The notes under the pieces: model-generated | Database searches by the model: none | The model's input: the letters and a program-made list of their open reading frames with translations, nothing else | Told to the model about the DNA's origin: nothing | Shown: piece by piece, positions 17,001-29,839 of the stretch | Numbering within the stretch: the stretch's first letter is position 1 | Layout of the letters: each line of letters opens with the position of its first letter | Program-made: the position numbers and the translations under genes | Assembly (NCBI GenBank): GCA_964016885.1 | Contig: CAXHJY010000842.1 | Coordinates: 1 to 64,000, forward strand | From: Eledone cirrhosa | Taxonomy: Eukaryota | Reading direction: 5' to 3' | DNA length: 64,000 nt

Positions 17001-18930
17001 TACCACAATCACCAGTACCACAACCACCAGTACCACTATCACCAGTACTACAACCACCAACACCACAACCACCACACCACAACCACCAGTACCACAACCA
17101 CCAGCACCACTACCACCAGTACCAGTACCACAACTACCAGTACCACAACCACCAGCGCCACTACCAGCAGTATCACAACCACCAGCACCACAACCACCAG
17201 TACCACAACCACCAACTCCACAACCTCTACTACCACAACCACCAGTACCAAAACCACGACCACCACAACCACCAGCACTATACCACCAGTACCACAACCA
17301 CCAACACCACAACCACCAACACCACAACCACCAGTACCACAACCAACAGTACCACTACCACCAGTACCACAACTACCAGTACCACAACCACTGGTACCAC
17401 AAACAGAAGAACCACAACCACCAGTACAACTACCACCAGTACCACTACCACCAGTACCACAACGACCAGTACCACTACCACCAGCACCACTACCACCAGT
17501 ACCACAACCACCAACACCACAACCACTAACACCACAACCACCAACACCACAACCACCAGTACCACAACCACCAGCACAACTACCACCAGTACCACAACCA
17601 CAAGTACCACAACCACCAGCACCACTACCACCAGTAAAACAACCACCAGTATCACAATCACCAGTACTACAACCACCAGTACCACTATCACCAGTACTAC
17701 AAACACCAACACCACAACCACCACACCACTACCACCAGTACCACAACCACCAGTACCACAACCACCAGAACCACAACTACCAGTACCACAACCACCAGCG
17801 CCACTACCAGCAGTACCACAACGACCGATACCACAACCACCACTACCACACCACCAACACCACAACCACCAGTACACAACCACCAGCACCACAACCACCA
17901 GTACCACAACCACCAACTCCACAAACTCCACTACCACAACCACCAGTACCACAACCACGACCACCACAACCACCAGCACTATACCACCAGTACCACAACC
18001 ACCAGCATCACAACCACCAACACCACAACCACCAGTACGCCAACCACCAGTACCACAACCACCAGTACCACTACCACCAGTACCACAACCACCAGTACCA
18101 CAACCACCGGTACCACAACCACAAGAACCACAACCACCAGTACCACTACCACCAGTACCACTACCACCAGTACCACAACCACCAGTACCACAACCACCAG
18201 TACCACAACCACCAGTACCACAACGACCAGTACCACTACCACCAGCACCACTACCACCAGTACCACAACCACCAACACCACAACCACTAACACCACAACC
18301 ACCAACACCACAACCACCAGTACCACAACCACCAGTACCACAACCACCAGTACCACAACCACCAGTGACACAACCACCAGTACCACAACCACCGGTACCA
18401 CAACCACAAGAACCACTACCACCAGTACCACAACCACCAGTACCACAACCACCAGTACCACAACCACCAGTACCACTACCACCAGCACCACTACCACCAG
18501 TACCACAACCACCTACACCACAACCACTAACACCACAACCACCAACACCACAACCACCAGTACCACAACCACCAGTACCACAACCACCAGTACCACAACC
18601 ACCAGTGCCACAACCACCAGTACCACTACCACCAGCACCACTACCACCAGTACCACAACCACCAACACTACAACCACCAACACCACAACCACCAACACCA
18701 CAACCACCAGTACCACAACCACCAGACCACAACCGCCAGTACCACAAACACCAGTAACACTACCACCAGCACCACTACCACCAACACCACATCCACCAGC
18801 ACCACTACCACCAGTACCACAACCACCAACACCTCAACCACCAACACCACACCCACGAATACCACAACCACCAGCACCACAACCACCAGCACCACAACCA
18901 CCAGTACCACTACCACCAGTACCACAACCA
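2020..18930. repeat. 15-bp minisatellite (CCACAACCACCAGTA and variants), ~17 kb, with higher-order duplications of 3965 and 5349 bp
   Basis: 15-bp periodicity; landmark AACCACACAGCCACCAGTAAC recurs at ~3450, ~7415, ~12764; the ORF track repeats at +3965 and +5349. Confidence 0.95.
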
Positions 18931-20502
18931 ATATCTATGATCTTCGGCAAATCACTGATGAGGGACGTATTTTATTACATGTTACCATGTGCTACCTGCA
19001 GTATTTTTCTCTATATTTTAATACATATATTTACCACTGCGATTCTGTGTTTTTTTCTCTCTCTCTTACTGTTCCCCCATTCTCTCTGTTTCTCCCCCTC
19101 TGTCTTGTCCGTTAACTCTTCCTCACACTTTCACTCACTCACTGTTTTTCTCCCTCTTCTCTTCATTTCATCCTGCACTCACGGACGCTATTTTTTCTCT
19201 CTCTGCTCAATGGCCTTCGTTCGTGCTGGCACTATTCTTTCTCTAAGCGCTCATATATTCACCTAGCTTACGCTAACAGAATAATTTTTGAAGCTTGTTT
19301 CTCTCCCACGGTATGCTATATTTTCTGTTGTTCTCCTGTCTCACTCGCTTTACGCGTTTTAATTGTCCTAATAACTTATTTTGGTTATTATTGCACCGAA
19401 GTGAGATATATGATTTTTAATGCAATGAAATATCTATGATCTTCGGCAAATCACTGATGAGGGACGTATTTTATTACATGTTACCATGTGCTACCTGCAG
19501 TATTTTTCTCTATATTTTAATACATATATTTACCACTGCGATTCTGTGTTTTTTCTCTCTCTCTTACTGTTCCCCCATTCTCTCTGTTTCTCCCCCTCTG
19601 TCTTGTCCGTTAACTCTTCCTCACACTTTCACTCACTCACTGTTTTTCTCCCTCTTCTCTTCATTTCATCCTGCACTCACGGACGCTATTTTTTCTCTCT
19701 CTGCTCAATGGCCTTCGTTCGTGCTGGCACTATTCTTTCTCTAAGCGCTCATATATTCACCTAGCTTACGCTAACAGAATAATTTTTGAAGCTTGTTTCT
19801 CTCCCACGGTATGCTATATTTTCTGTTGTTCTCCTGTCTCACTCGCTTTACGCGTTTTAATTGTCCTAATAACTTATTTTGGTTATTATTGCACCGAAGT
19901 GAGATATATGATTTTTAATGCAATGAAATATCTATGATCTTCGGCAAATCACTGATGAGGGACGTATTTTATTACATGTTACCATGTGCTACCTGCAGTA
20001 TTTTTCTCTATATTTTAATACATATATTTACCACTGCGATTCTGTGTTTTTTTCTCTCTCTCTTACTGTTCCTCCATTCTCTCTGTTTCTCCCCCTCTGT
20101 CTTGTCCGTTAACTCTTCCTCACACTTTCACTCACTCACTGTTTTTCTCCCTCTTCTCTTCATTTCATCCTGCACTCACGGACGCTATTTTTTCTCTCTC
20201 TGCTCAATGGCCTTCGTTCGTGCTGGCACTATTCTTTCTCTAAGCGCTCATATATTCACCTAGCTTACGCTAACAGAATAATTTTTGAAGCTTGTTTCTC
20301 TCCCACGGTATGCTATATTTTCTGTTGTTCTCCTGTCTCACTCGCTTTACGCGTTTTAATTGTCCTAATAACTTATTTTGGTTATTATTGCACCGAAGTG
20401 AGATATATGATTTTTAATGCAATGAAATATCTATGATCTTCGGCAAATCACTGATGAGGGACGTATTTTATTACATGTTACCATGTGCTACCTGCAGTAT
20501 TT

Positions 20503-20505
<3 letters not shown>
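18931..20505 (+). repeat. 499-bp tandem array (3 units plus a partial), ending in (TA)n; possible retrozyme/pLTR-like array
   Basis: ATATCTATGATCTTCGGCAAATCACTGATGAGGGAC recurs at 498-499-bp spacing; units almost identical. Confidence 0.9.
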
Positions 20506-20574
<69 letters not shown>

Positions 20575-20578
<4 letters not shown>

Positions 20579-20864
20579 AACGGAGCAAGCGGTTATCAAA
20601 CAATTTTCTAAATAAATCAAAATACGATTTAAATAATCACCTGTTCTATTGCTGTTACCGACGGTTTCACCATTCCAAATATTGGGAATCCAGAGAATTT
20701 CCAATGGAAAGAAATGAAGATCCATTTCTTTCCATTGGAAATTCTCTGGATTTCCAATATTTGGAATGGTGAAACCGTCGGTAACAGCAATAGAACAGGT
20801 CATTATTTAAATCGTTTATTAATTTATTTAGAAAATTGTTTGATAACCGCTTGCTCCGCTCTTT
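20575..20864. mobile_element. Fold-back (palindromic) insert next to (TA)n with a truncated hammerhead core; Penelope pLTR-like
   Basis: ~142-bp inverted arms around AAGATC (20717-20722); TGAAGA at 20715, CCATT...AATGG stem, GAAA-CCG-TC at 20771-20779. Confidence 0.6.
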
Positions 20865-20990
20865 TTATATTGTTCTGGTATCTCAAATTAGTACCATCGA
20901 ACCACAAATATTATAAACATCTTGCATATTTCTACAAGTACTTAGTGCCTGTTGAAGTATTCATCCACTTTTCTATATATATATATATAT

Positions 20991-21383
20991 AACGAAGGAA
21001 ATGTGGTAAGGAACCAGATGGACCATAACGCACCAAAGTACTCAATACTTAGGGTAGTAGAGTGGGTAATAGGAACAAGTATGACCCCGACGGCAGAGCT
21101 CAAGCCGTTTCGACGGCTAATTCTGGACATCGCATGGTGCGGGTGAAAAAACTTGAGCTTGGCGGAAAAGTCTGGGTAAGGCGTGGTAGGGTCTGAAAGT
21201 GCTCTACTACGGAGATAGGAGTTAGATAACGAAGGAAATGTGGTAAGGAACCAGATGGACCATAACGCACCAAAGTACTCGATACTTAGGGTAGTAGAGT
21301 CGGTAATAGGAACAAGTATGACCCGACGGCAGAATTAGCCGTCGAAACGGCTTGAGCTCTGCCGTCGGGGTCATACTTGTTCC
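20991..21383. mobile_element. 237-bp-unit repeat family, copy 1 (1.4 tandem units plus an inverted segment), TA-flanked
   Basis: AACGAAGGAAATGTGG at 20991 and 21228; inverted piece 21330-21383; homologous to 23261, 29329 and 63825. Confidence 0.8.
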
Positions 21384-21409
21384 TATATATATATCTATCT
21401 ATCTATATA

Positions 21410-21474
<65 letters not shown>

Positions 21475-21570
21475 GTAAAAGGTAAACAGAAATAACAACA
21501 CAATCGGTACAGTATACAGTATATGGAAGAGATATATTAGGTTAATGCTTGATATAGCAGGAAGGCGGTC

Positions 21571-21631
<61 letters not shown>

Positions 21632-21727
21632 TTAGGTTAATAGGAGTTAGGTATTGTATACCCGTGTCCCATTAAGGTATTGGTAGCATAATAATTAGCT
21701 CTATGCTTTGGAGCAGAGCCGTATATA

Positions 21728-22833
<1,106 letters not shown>

Positions 22834-23106
22834 GCAAAAGGGATATTTAATTTGTTAGAAATTCAACAAATATAAATGTTTGTAACTGATTCAAAGCACT
22901 CGACAGATTTCTGGAGTATAATATTCAATGATATTAAATAAATGGAAACTATATTTAGAAAAGCATATTTATTCTATTATATATATTTCAAGGGTACCAA
23001 CACTTTGGTACGCTCTCATCAGATAAAATACAAAGTTTGTTTTATAAATATCGAAATAACCAGGAAGAACTTAACGGTTCAAGTTTTACCTGTGTGTATA
23101 CATATA

Positions 23107-23159
<53 letters not shown>

Positions 23160-23212
23160 GGAATAGAATGAAACGAAATTTCATTTCTCACTCTTAGTAC
23201 GGCAATTACTTA

Positions 23213-23512
<300 letters not shown>

Positions 23513-23631
23513 TGGATGGTAAGAATCGATCTTATAACAACTCTTAACTCAGATCTTATATTGCATCTATATAACCGTACAAGCACGCAAAATGTGGGTA
23601 CATTTGTCTAGACAATCTCTTAGCCTTGACT

Positions 23632-23664
<33 letters not shown>

Positions 23665-24859
23665 AAGTATAAGCTGCTCGTTGTTTTTCTTCGCTCGCAA
23701 AAATCCTCATTAAAACTCCAATTTCTTTGTTTAAAAACCAGTTTCCAAGCCTTGTAAACGAAAGGTATCCGCATATTAATGTTTGTAAGATCTAACGTTT
23801 CTAAGTACCGTTTGTATTTTTCTGTATTCTATTCATATTATGATGCAATTCTGAAATATATCTTCACACGTGATAATACATTATTTCAAATAAACATCTA
23901 AATTAAGTAAACGTTTCATAATCTTTTCTAAGTTAGATAAATTGTGGCAATTTTTCTTTTTAAATACTGGTTAAAAAACATTTCTCTTTTAATTTTTCTT
24001 TCATTATTTTCCCTCATTTTTTAGTTTGAAATTCTTAAATAGTAAATTTAACTGCTAGACAGAATATGTAAAAAGCTGTTGCTTTTCATATATTTTATTT
24101 ATCTAATTCTCGAACTACAGAGATATCAACAATATTGGTATTTCATGTATTTCTATTAATATATATTTATTTTCTGATATTTTTCGTTAAAGTATTTTAG
24201 TTATTGAAATTGCATGGTAAGTATTTCGTTTTATCTATTTAATTAATTATTAAAATATTATAATAGATGAATGTATGTATAGTATATTTGGCAATATACC
24301 GTATGTTTAATTAAAAACATTTAGAAGACCATACGCTATCAGTTTTAAAATAGTGACTATGTCACTTACTTCTTTTCGGCAAAAGAAGGGACAGAAGCTG
24401 GCAGTCTGTTTCCCGCTGGTTGGTGATCATCAGAGCCACGTACTCCACTACTTCCGCCGAAAATTATAGAAGCTGGATTCTTATAGAATTCTAATTTATT
24501 ATTTGGTATTTTTTTTTATATTTGAGGTAGGTATTTTTATTTTATTTCCTTTTTTATTAGTTATCAAAATATTAAGGTTATTTACTTTAAGATGAGGAGC
24601 TAAAAACTAGAAATTAAAAATTGTTTGTTTCTTGTGAAATCCCAGCAAAACTCACCACAATGAGAACAATGCTTATGAAAATTACAATAAAAATCAACGA
24701 AACTGGAAAGTGAAAGAATTGGAGAAAGTGCTCACAGCTTAGAGCTGGACAATGGGTCCCATGTAAAGAATGTACCAGAAAGAGAAGCCAAGGCTATAAA
24801 AAAACACAAAGACGAACCCTAAAGCCTTCTTAAAATTGACAAAATAAGCCGCCTCAGTA

Positions 24860-25110
24860 AACCACGGAATAGGGCTGCTGGCCTGAGATAGTTTCCAAGA
24901 AATCCCCCTGCGGGCTCTCTTCCAAAGCCCCCTTGCAACTGGTAAACTACACGGAAAACAAAAAGAGGAGGCATATGAGAGGAAGTAGGGCAGATGGTAA
25001 AAACTACAGACCTTGATCTCACATATCATAAAAGTCATGAAACGAATCATCAGAAGGAAACTGTTTACTTTTCTAAAGAGAAATTATCTTGTAACTGACA
25101 CCCAGCATCA
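24860..25110 (+). pseudogene. Degenerate CR1/Jockey-group LINE reverse-transcriptase fragment
   Basis: NYRP...ISHIIKVMKRIIRRKLFTFLKRNYLVTDTQH resembles non-LTR RT domains 1-2; AAG(PD)-like remnant upstream. Confidence 0.6.
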
Positions 25111-25138
25111 GTACAAGTTGCCTTATATATATATATAT

Positions 25139-25243
25139 AATTGTTTCTACTTTTGGCACAAGGCCACCAATTACCCAGTACATTACTGGTGCTTTATTTT
25201 ATCGACCCCATAAGGATGAAAGGCAAAGTTAACCTCGGCGGAA
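25139..25243 (-). mobile_element. tRNA-derived SINE family A, 3' fragment
   Basis: Reverse complement of AACTTTGCCTTTCATCCTTA...GGTCGATAAAATAA...GGCCTTGTGCC; matches 42530-42716. Confidence 0.8.
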
Positions 25244-26504
25244 TAATGAAAATAAAATGTTACGGGCGAAAGATGGTAATATCCATCATCAGTTGTCTGC
25301 TAGGAATCAACGATATTTCTTCGCGTTAGAGACAAGATATCTCAACCTATGGCGATCAATAACTGAACTAAGTTATTGGGTATATATATATATGGGGGAG
25401 GGGTATATTAAGGTTGTGAACATGCTTTCCAAAATCCAGTGAGTAAGATAATAATTACAGCTTCTGCAGACATACTATAAATCTACATATATACCAGTAA
25501 TTATTGATACACGTGGCTGTGTTAGTAAATATCTAAGTGACAATCTAAAATACCTATGGTTTTTAGACAAAGAAAGTGGGGTGAGCTAACATGCAATTTA
25601 CGACTACAATCTATAAATGTGGATCAGAGGAGGAGGAGGAGGAGGAAGAGGGGGAGGAGAAGAAGAAGAAAAAGAAAGAAGAAGAAGAAGAATGTAGAGA
25701 CAGGAGCGGATGTCTGTAAGAGAAGTTTCCTTATCACTATTACACTGTTTCCATAATACCGGACGGAGAAGAGCTAGAGGTACAACTGTCGTCTCTATGT
25801 GATTAAATCTTGACCACATTATTAGATGTAGCATGGCCGGAGTTGAGGAGAGGTCTAACTGTAATTTAGATTATGAAATGGCTGCCTTCGTCTGGAAATA
25901 AGGATCTTACTGAATGGAGCCGGAATAAACAGTGTTATAATTACTTCAGAACAAACGCATACACACACATAAACACATACACACCCATACACGCACACAT
26001 ATACAAATCACAAACACACACTAAACACACCCAAAACACACACAAACACACACACATACCACACCAACCGCACACATACACACAAAACCCATACACAAAA
26101 ACATACAAAGAAAAACACACGCCAAAAAACACATGCACAAAAACACATACAGCAGACACACAAAAAAATCACACACATACATGAAAAGTCGCATACACAA
26201 AAATACACACACAACATACACACACAAAAAATTCACATACATACACAAAAGCACACACACAACATACATACAAAAACATTCACACACATAAACATAAACT
26301 CACACACAACATACACACAGAAAACATTCACACACATACACATATAAATTGAGATTGTCGGACGAAGGCAACTATGTTTTCATTGGTCGTTCCATTGCTA
26401 TTATCTCGCAGTCACAAGTTCTGGCAGAAGGGGGGGGGGGAGTATTAAACTCAGAACAGGACCGCATCATTTACCGCAATGCGTCAAATTCAATGCTATA
26501 ACAA

Positions 26505-26663
26505 CTCTACCAACTTATTGCCTCTGGATTGGTACTTTATTTATCGACCCAGAGAGGATGATATACAAAGTTGACTTTGGCGGCATTTGAACTCAAAATG
26601 CACTGAACCAGAATAAATACCACACCATCAAATCCTTAGTCTTAACAACTCTTCCAACTCACC
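26505..26663 (-). mobile_element. Diverged SINE related to family A
   Basis: B-box-like GAGTTCAAAT and central CATCC...GGTCGATAAATAAAGTACC on the - strand. Confidence 0.6.
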
Positions 26664-26828
26664 GTAAACTCAATAAGCTATGTCAATCCAATGCAATCCA
26701 GAACCTTCTGTTAGAGGAGCCCCTCTCTGGTTTACATCCACCGCTTTCTGTTTGGTTTTGGTTTTGGTCATGTGAGGGGTGTAGCCGTTCTAACCAAGCT
26801 TCACAAATTGCGGTTTAGTGATACTATA

Positions 26829-27006
26829 GGGCGGTGGATTAGCAGTATCGGTAGAGGGTAGGACGCCATGCTTTGCAGCAAAGAGTTAACTTTGCCATGC
26901 TTTGCAGCAATGGTTAACTTTGCCTTTCATCCTTACGGGGTCTATAAAATAAAATACCAGTAATGCACTGAGTAATTGCTGGCCTTGTGCTAAAAGTAGA
27001 AATAAC
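26829..27006 (+). mobile_element. SINE family A with internal duplication/deletion
   Basis: GGCGGTGGATTAGCAG head, central domain, GGCCTTGTGC 3' end; GCCATGCTTTGCAGCAA duplicated. Confidence 0.8.
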
Positions 27007-28206
27007 TATTTAACCCTTAGTTGGAGTGGGTGGCCGTTGACTCTGAAGAGTTCATCTGCCCCTCTAAAAGCTCTTGTTTTTGTGCTGTTGTGGTTCCACT
27101 TGCCCTCATTACCGGACCAGGGTCTGGTGGGGGAGTTGTTTAGTCGCCGACCATTCGACCATGAAACAGGTTGTACTGAGTTACATGGTACCAGTAGCAG
27201 GCAGAAGACGTTATGTACATACCATTAAAATTGATTGATACATATTTCATACTTCTATATCCTTATAAATGTAATTTAGCAAATGTGACGTGAATTTAAT
27301 AAACACTGATTATTTCGTACTGACGATGCTTAAAGAATTGGAAACTGTCGTGTACAAATACGAGAATATCACAAGAAACATGTAACAGAAATTTGAATTT
27401 GAATAAATATTCAGTGAAAAATAAATTTGATTTAATATATAACCTTTTAAAAGTAATTAATATGGTAGTCTTTTCAACCAGTTCCCTACCTTGCGAAAGA
27501 ACTGAAGATGGCCAATGAAAGATAGCCAATGAAAACGAAGCTTATAAATAAATAATTTTGTAAGGAACAATTCCTGTTCTTTTGAAAGAATTTCATTTGA
27601 AATTTTAAAAGAAAATCGCAAGAGGAATATCTTGAGAGAATATAGAAAATATGTTTTTAGTTCAACGAAAATCTAATTCTGGTTCATGCGGATCTGCCAT
27701 TCTATCTTTTCAAACCTTATTAGAAGTTTGAGTTTTCTCGTTATAATTTTAACTGGTTAATTATAGCATATCTATTATAATTATTTCTTTTACAAAGCAA
27801 AATTTATTCTAGAAAAACAAGCAAGTATATTACAATTCTGTTTTGGAAAGCCGTATGTATATTCAGCAAATAAATGGTAGTGAGATTTTAAAGCGATTTA
27901 ATAAATTCTAGCATTTAAATAATTCTAGCATATATTTGGAAACTACAAACACAACACTATCCAAAAAATGAGTAGAAGCTACTCATGATTTTAGTTTCTA
28001 TTATATATAATATATTTCAAAAGTCAGTAAGATTTTGTTTATTAGGAGTGTTCATTTTTTTAGTGAGGTGTATGAAAGTACTTTTATAAGGAATTCTATT
28101 AATATCTCACAGGCCAACCAGCATCAATATTGGGAGTTGGAAGGTTACAAGGGCGTATACACACATTCACACACACACATATCTATACACACACACACAT
28201 ATCTAT

Positions 28207-28294
<88 letters not shown>

Positions 28295-28441
28295 ATGCTT
28301 TGGGAGGATCATGTTGCCAATAAGAAACACACGCACCAGTTGCTTTCACTCCAATTTATTATAAATTAAATTATAAATTTAAAAATTTATAAATTTCCGG
28401 TTGGTTGGTTGGTTCCACAACCGGATGGTTGTTCATATATT

Positions 28442-28484
28442 GTCAAAGTTCTTTCGTCACACATTCTGTGATCTCTTCAGTGAC
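28442..28484 (-). ncRNA. Type I minimal hammerhead ribozyme
   Basis: GTCA-CTGAAGA-gatcaca/gaatg/tgtgac-GAAA-gaac-TT-TGAC: intact core, 4-bp stem I. Confidence 0.7.
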
Positions 28485-28666
28485 TGGGGATTCTTTTCTT
28501 TGTTTTGTGCCTCTCCTTTGTTCAGTCCTACGCCATCTTGTTTTTGTGTGTGTTGTGTGCTTAGTTTGCGCATGTGTTACATCCGGGTGTCTGTGTGTGT
28601 TTTTATTTGTTTATTTACATGTTACTGGTTGGTTGGTTGTTCTATGTGTGTGTTTTCATTTTGTCC

Positions 28667-29035
28667 TTAATTGTAAGTTGTGATGTTGCTATTCCATTCA
28701 TATTTTCTATTTAATTTTGGTTGGAGTTCATTTATATTTATTGCCTCTGTGATTTGTCTAAACATTGTGTCTTTTCTGTGTGTAGATTCTATTTTTATTT
28801 CTATGTTCTCTAATTTGCCCTTATGTTCTATTTTAGCATGTTGGTGGAGTACAGATGACTCTTTACTATCTTGAAGCTCTCGCCAGTGTTCATTTAATCG
28901 TTCTCCTATACTACGAGCTGTCTCACCTATGTACACTATATTCTTATCTTTACATTGTCCTTCAGTACATCTTATGCTATATACTATGTTTCTAGTTTTA
29001 CAGTTAATATAGGGGCTTAGTTTACAGATCTTCAT
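28667..29035 (-). pseudogene. Penelope-like GIY-YIG endonuclease, C-terminal fragment
   Basis: NIVYSIRC...VYIGET.RSIGERLNEH...HQH...R..TEA..I....P.LN motifs; no RT upstream. Confidence 0.85.
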
Positions 29036-29152
29036 TTCTTATCTATACAGGGATATATAAGAATTGTATAATCATTTTCATTATTTTTACTTTACTTGGA
29101 CTACATTTTATTTTTCATATCTATCCTTTGTGATCCTGTCTCTATTTTTGTA

Positions 29153-29186
29153 CTCCTAAAGAAGGGCTACAGCCCGACACGTCGAA
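29153..29186 (+). ncRNA. Degenerate hammerhead (two core mutations)
   Basis: CTC-CTAAAGA-a-gggc/taca/gccc-GACA-cg-TC-GAA vs canonical CTGAAGA...GAAA. Confidence 0.5.
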
Positions 29187-29257
29187 CTTACTTTACCCTT
29201 TTCCATATAAGGCGTGAAACTAATACGAGTTTTGTATCTCTATTTGTCGTTTCCTTG

Positions 29258-29328
<71 letters not shown>

Positions 29329-29331
<3 letters not shown>

Positions 29332-29511
29332 GGAAAATGTTCAAGACCCCGACGGCGGAGCTCAAGCCGTTTCGACGGGTATTTCAGTCCAGAAATAGCC
29401 GTCGAAACGGCTTGACCTCTGCCATCGGTGTCTTGAACATTTTCCTATTACCCTAAGTATTGAATACTCTGGTGCGTATGGTCCACCTGGTTCCTTACCA
29501 CACTTCCTTTG

Positions 29512-29513
<2 letters not shown>
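29329..29513. mobile_element. 237-bp family, copy 3 (fold-back), TA-flanked
   Basis: Palindrome 29329-29448 centred at TTTCAGTCCAGAAA; ends CCTTTGTTA-(TA)n. Confidence 0.8.
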
Positions 29514-29564
<51 letters not shown>

Positions 29565-29668
29565 AGAGTTAAACAAGATTCAGTGAATACATCAAAGAAT
29601 GAGTTTTACATGACTACCTTGATTAAATTTTAACCATCTACCATGTCAGGGTATGTCATGTATCATTT

Positions 29669-29735
29669 TATTTTATCTGATGAGGACGTACTGTTGAACT
29701 TAATTCAGTACCTCTGAAATATGTATAATAAAATA
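29669..29735 (+). ncRNA. Type I hammerhead ribozyme in a ~220-bp TA-flanked insert (29562-29778)
   Basis: 8-bp stem I TATTTTAT/ATAAAATA, CTGATGA 29677-29683, 10-position stem II with one mismatch, GAAA 29716-29719, minimal stem III, predicted cleavage after 29727. Confidence 0.8.
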
Positions 29736-29775
29736 TAATTGATCACAAGAATATCTATTTTGTTAATATTTTGAA

Positions 29776-29835
<60 letters not shown>

Positions 29836-29839
<4 letters not shown>

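Larger units (their letters stand above)
28291..29261 (-). mobile_element. 5'-truncated Penelope-like element between (TA)n tracts
   Basis: GIY-YIG ORF followed on the same strand by a hammerhead; oppositely oriented degenerate hammerhead at the other end. Confidence 0.75.

Noticed and set aside
1981-18757. Long Pro-rich (PPVPQ), Thr-rich, Gly/Cys-rich (GGCGT) and poly-Val ORFs as extensin/mucin/structural protein genes
   Set aside because: The 15-bp unit is stop-free in most frames; recurrent 1-nt phase slips and TAA variants are propagated by the duplications; no signal peptide or unique domain
19420-19465. SECIS element or C/D-box snoRNA reading of ATGA...CTGA
   Set aside because: No 11-12-bp SECIS helix II, box C imperfect and spacing too short
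18937-20263. Repeated 109-aa hydrophobic ORF in the 499-bp unit
   Set aside because: CT-rich low complexity; frameshifted in the second copy
27315-27540. CTGACGA...GAAA and CTGAAGA...GAAA motifs
   Set aside because: Stems do not pair adjacent to the core; at best old remnants
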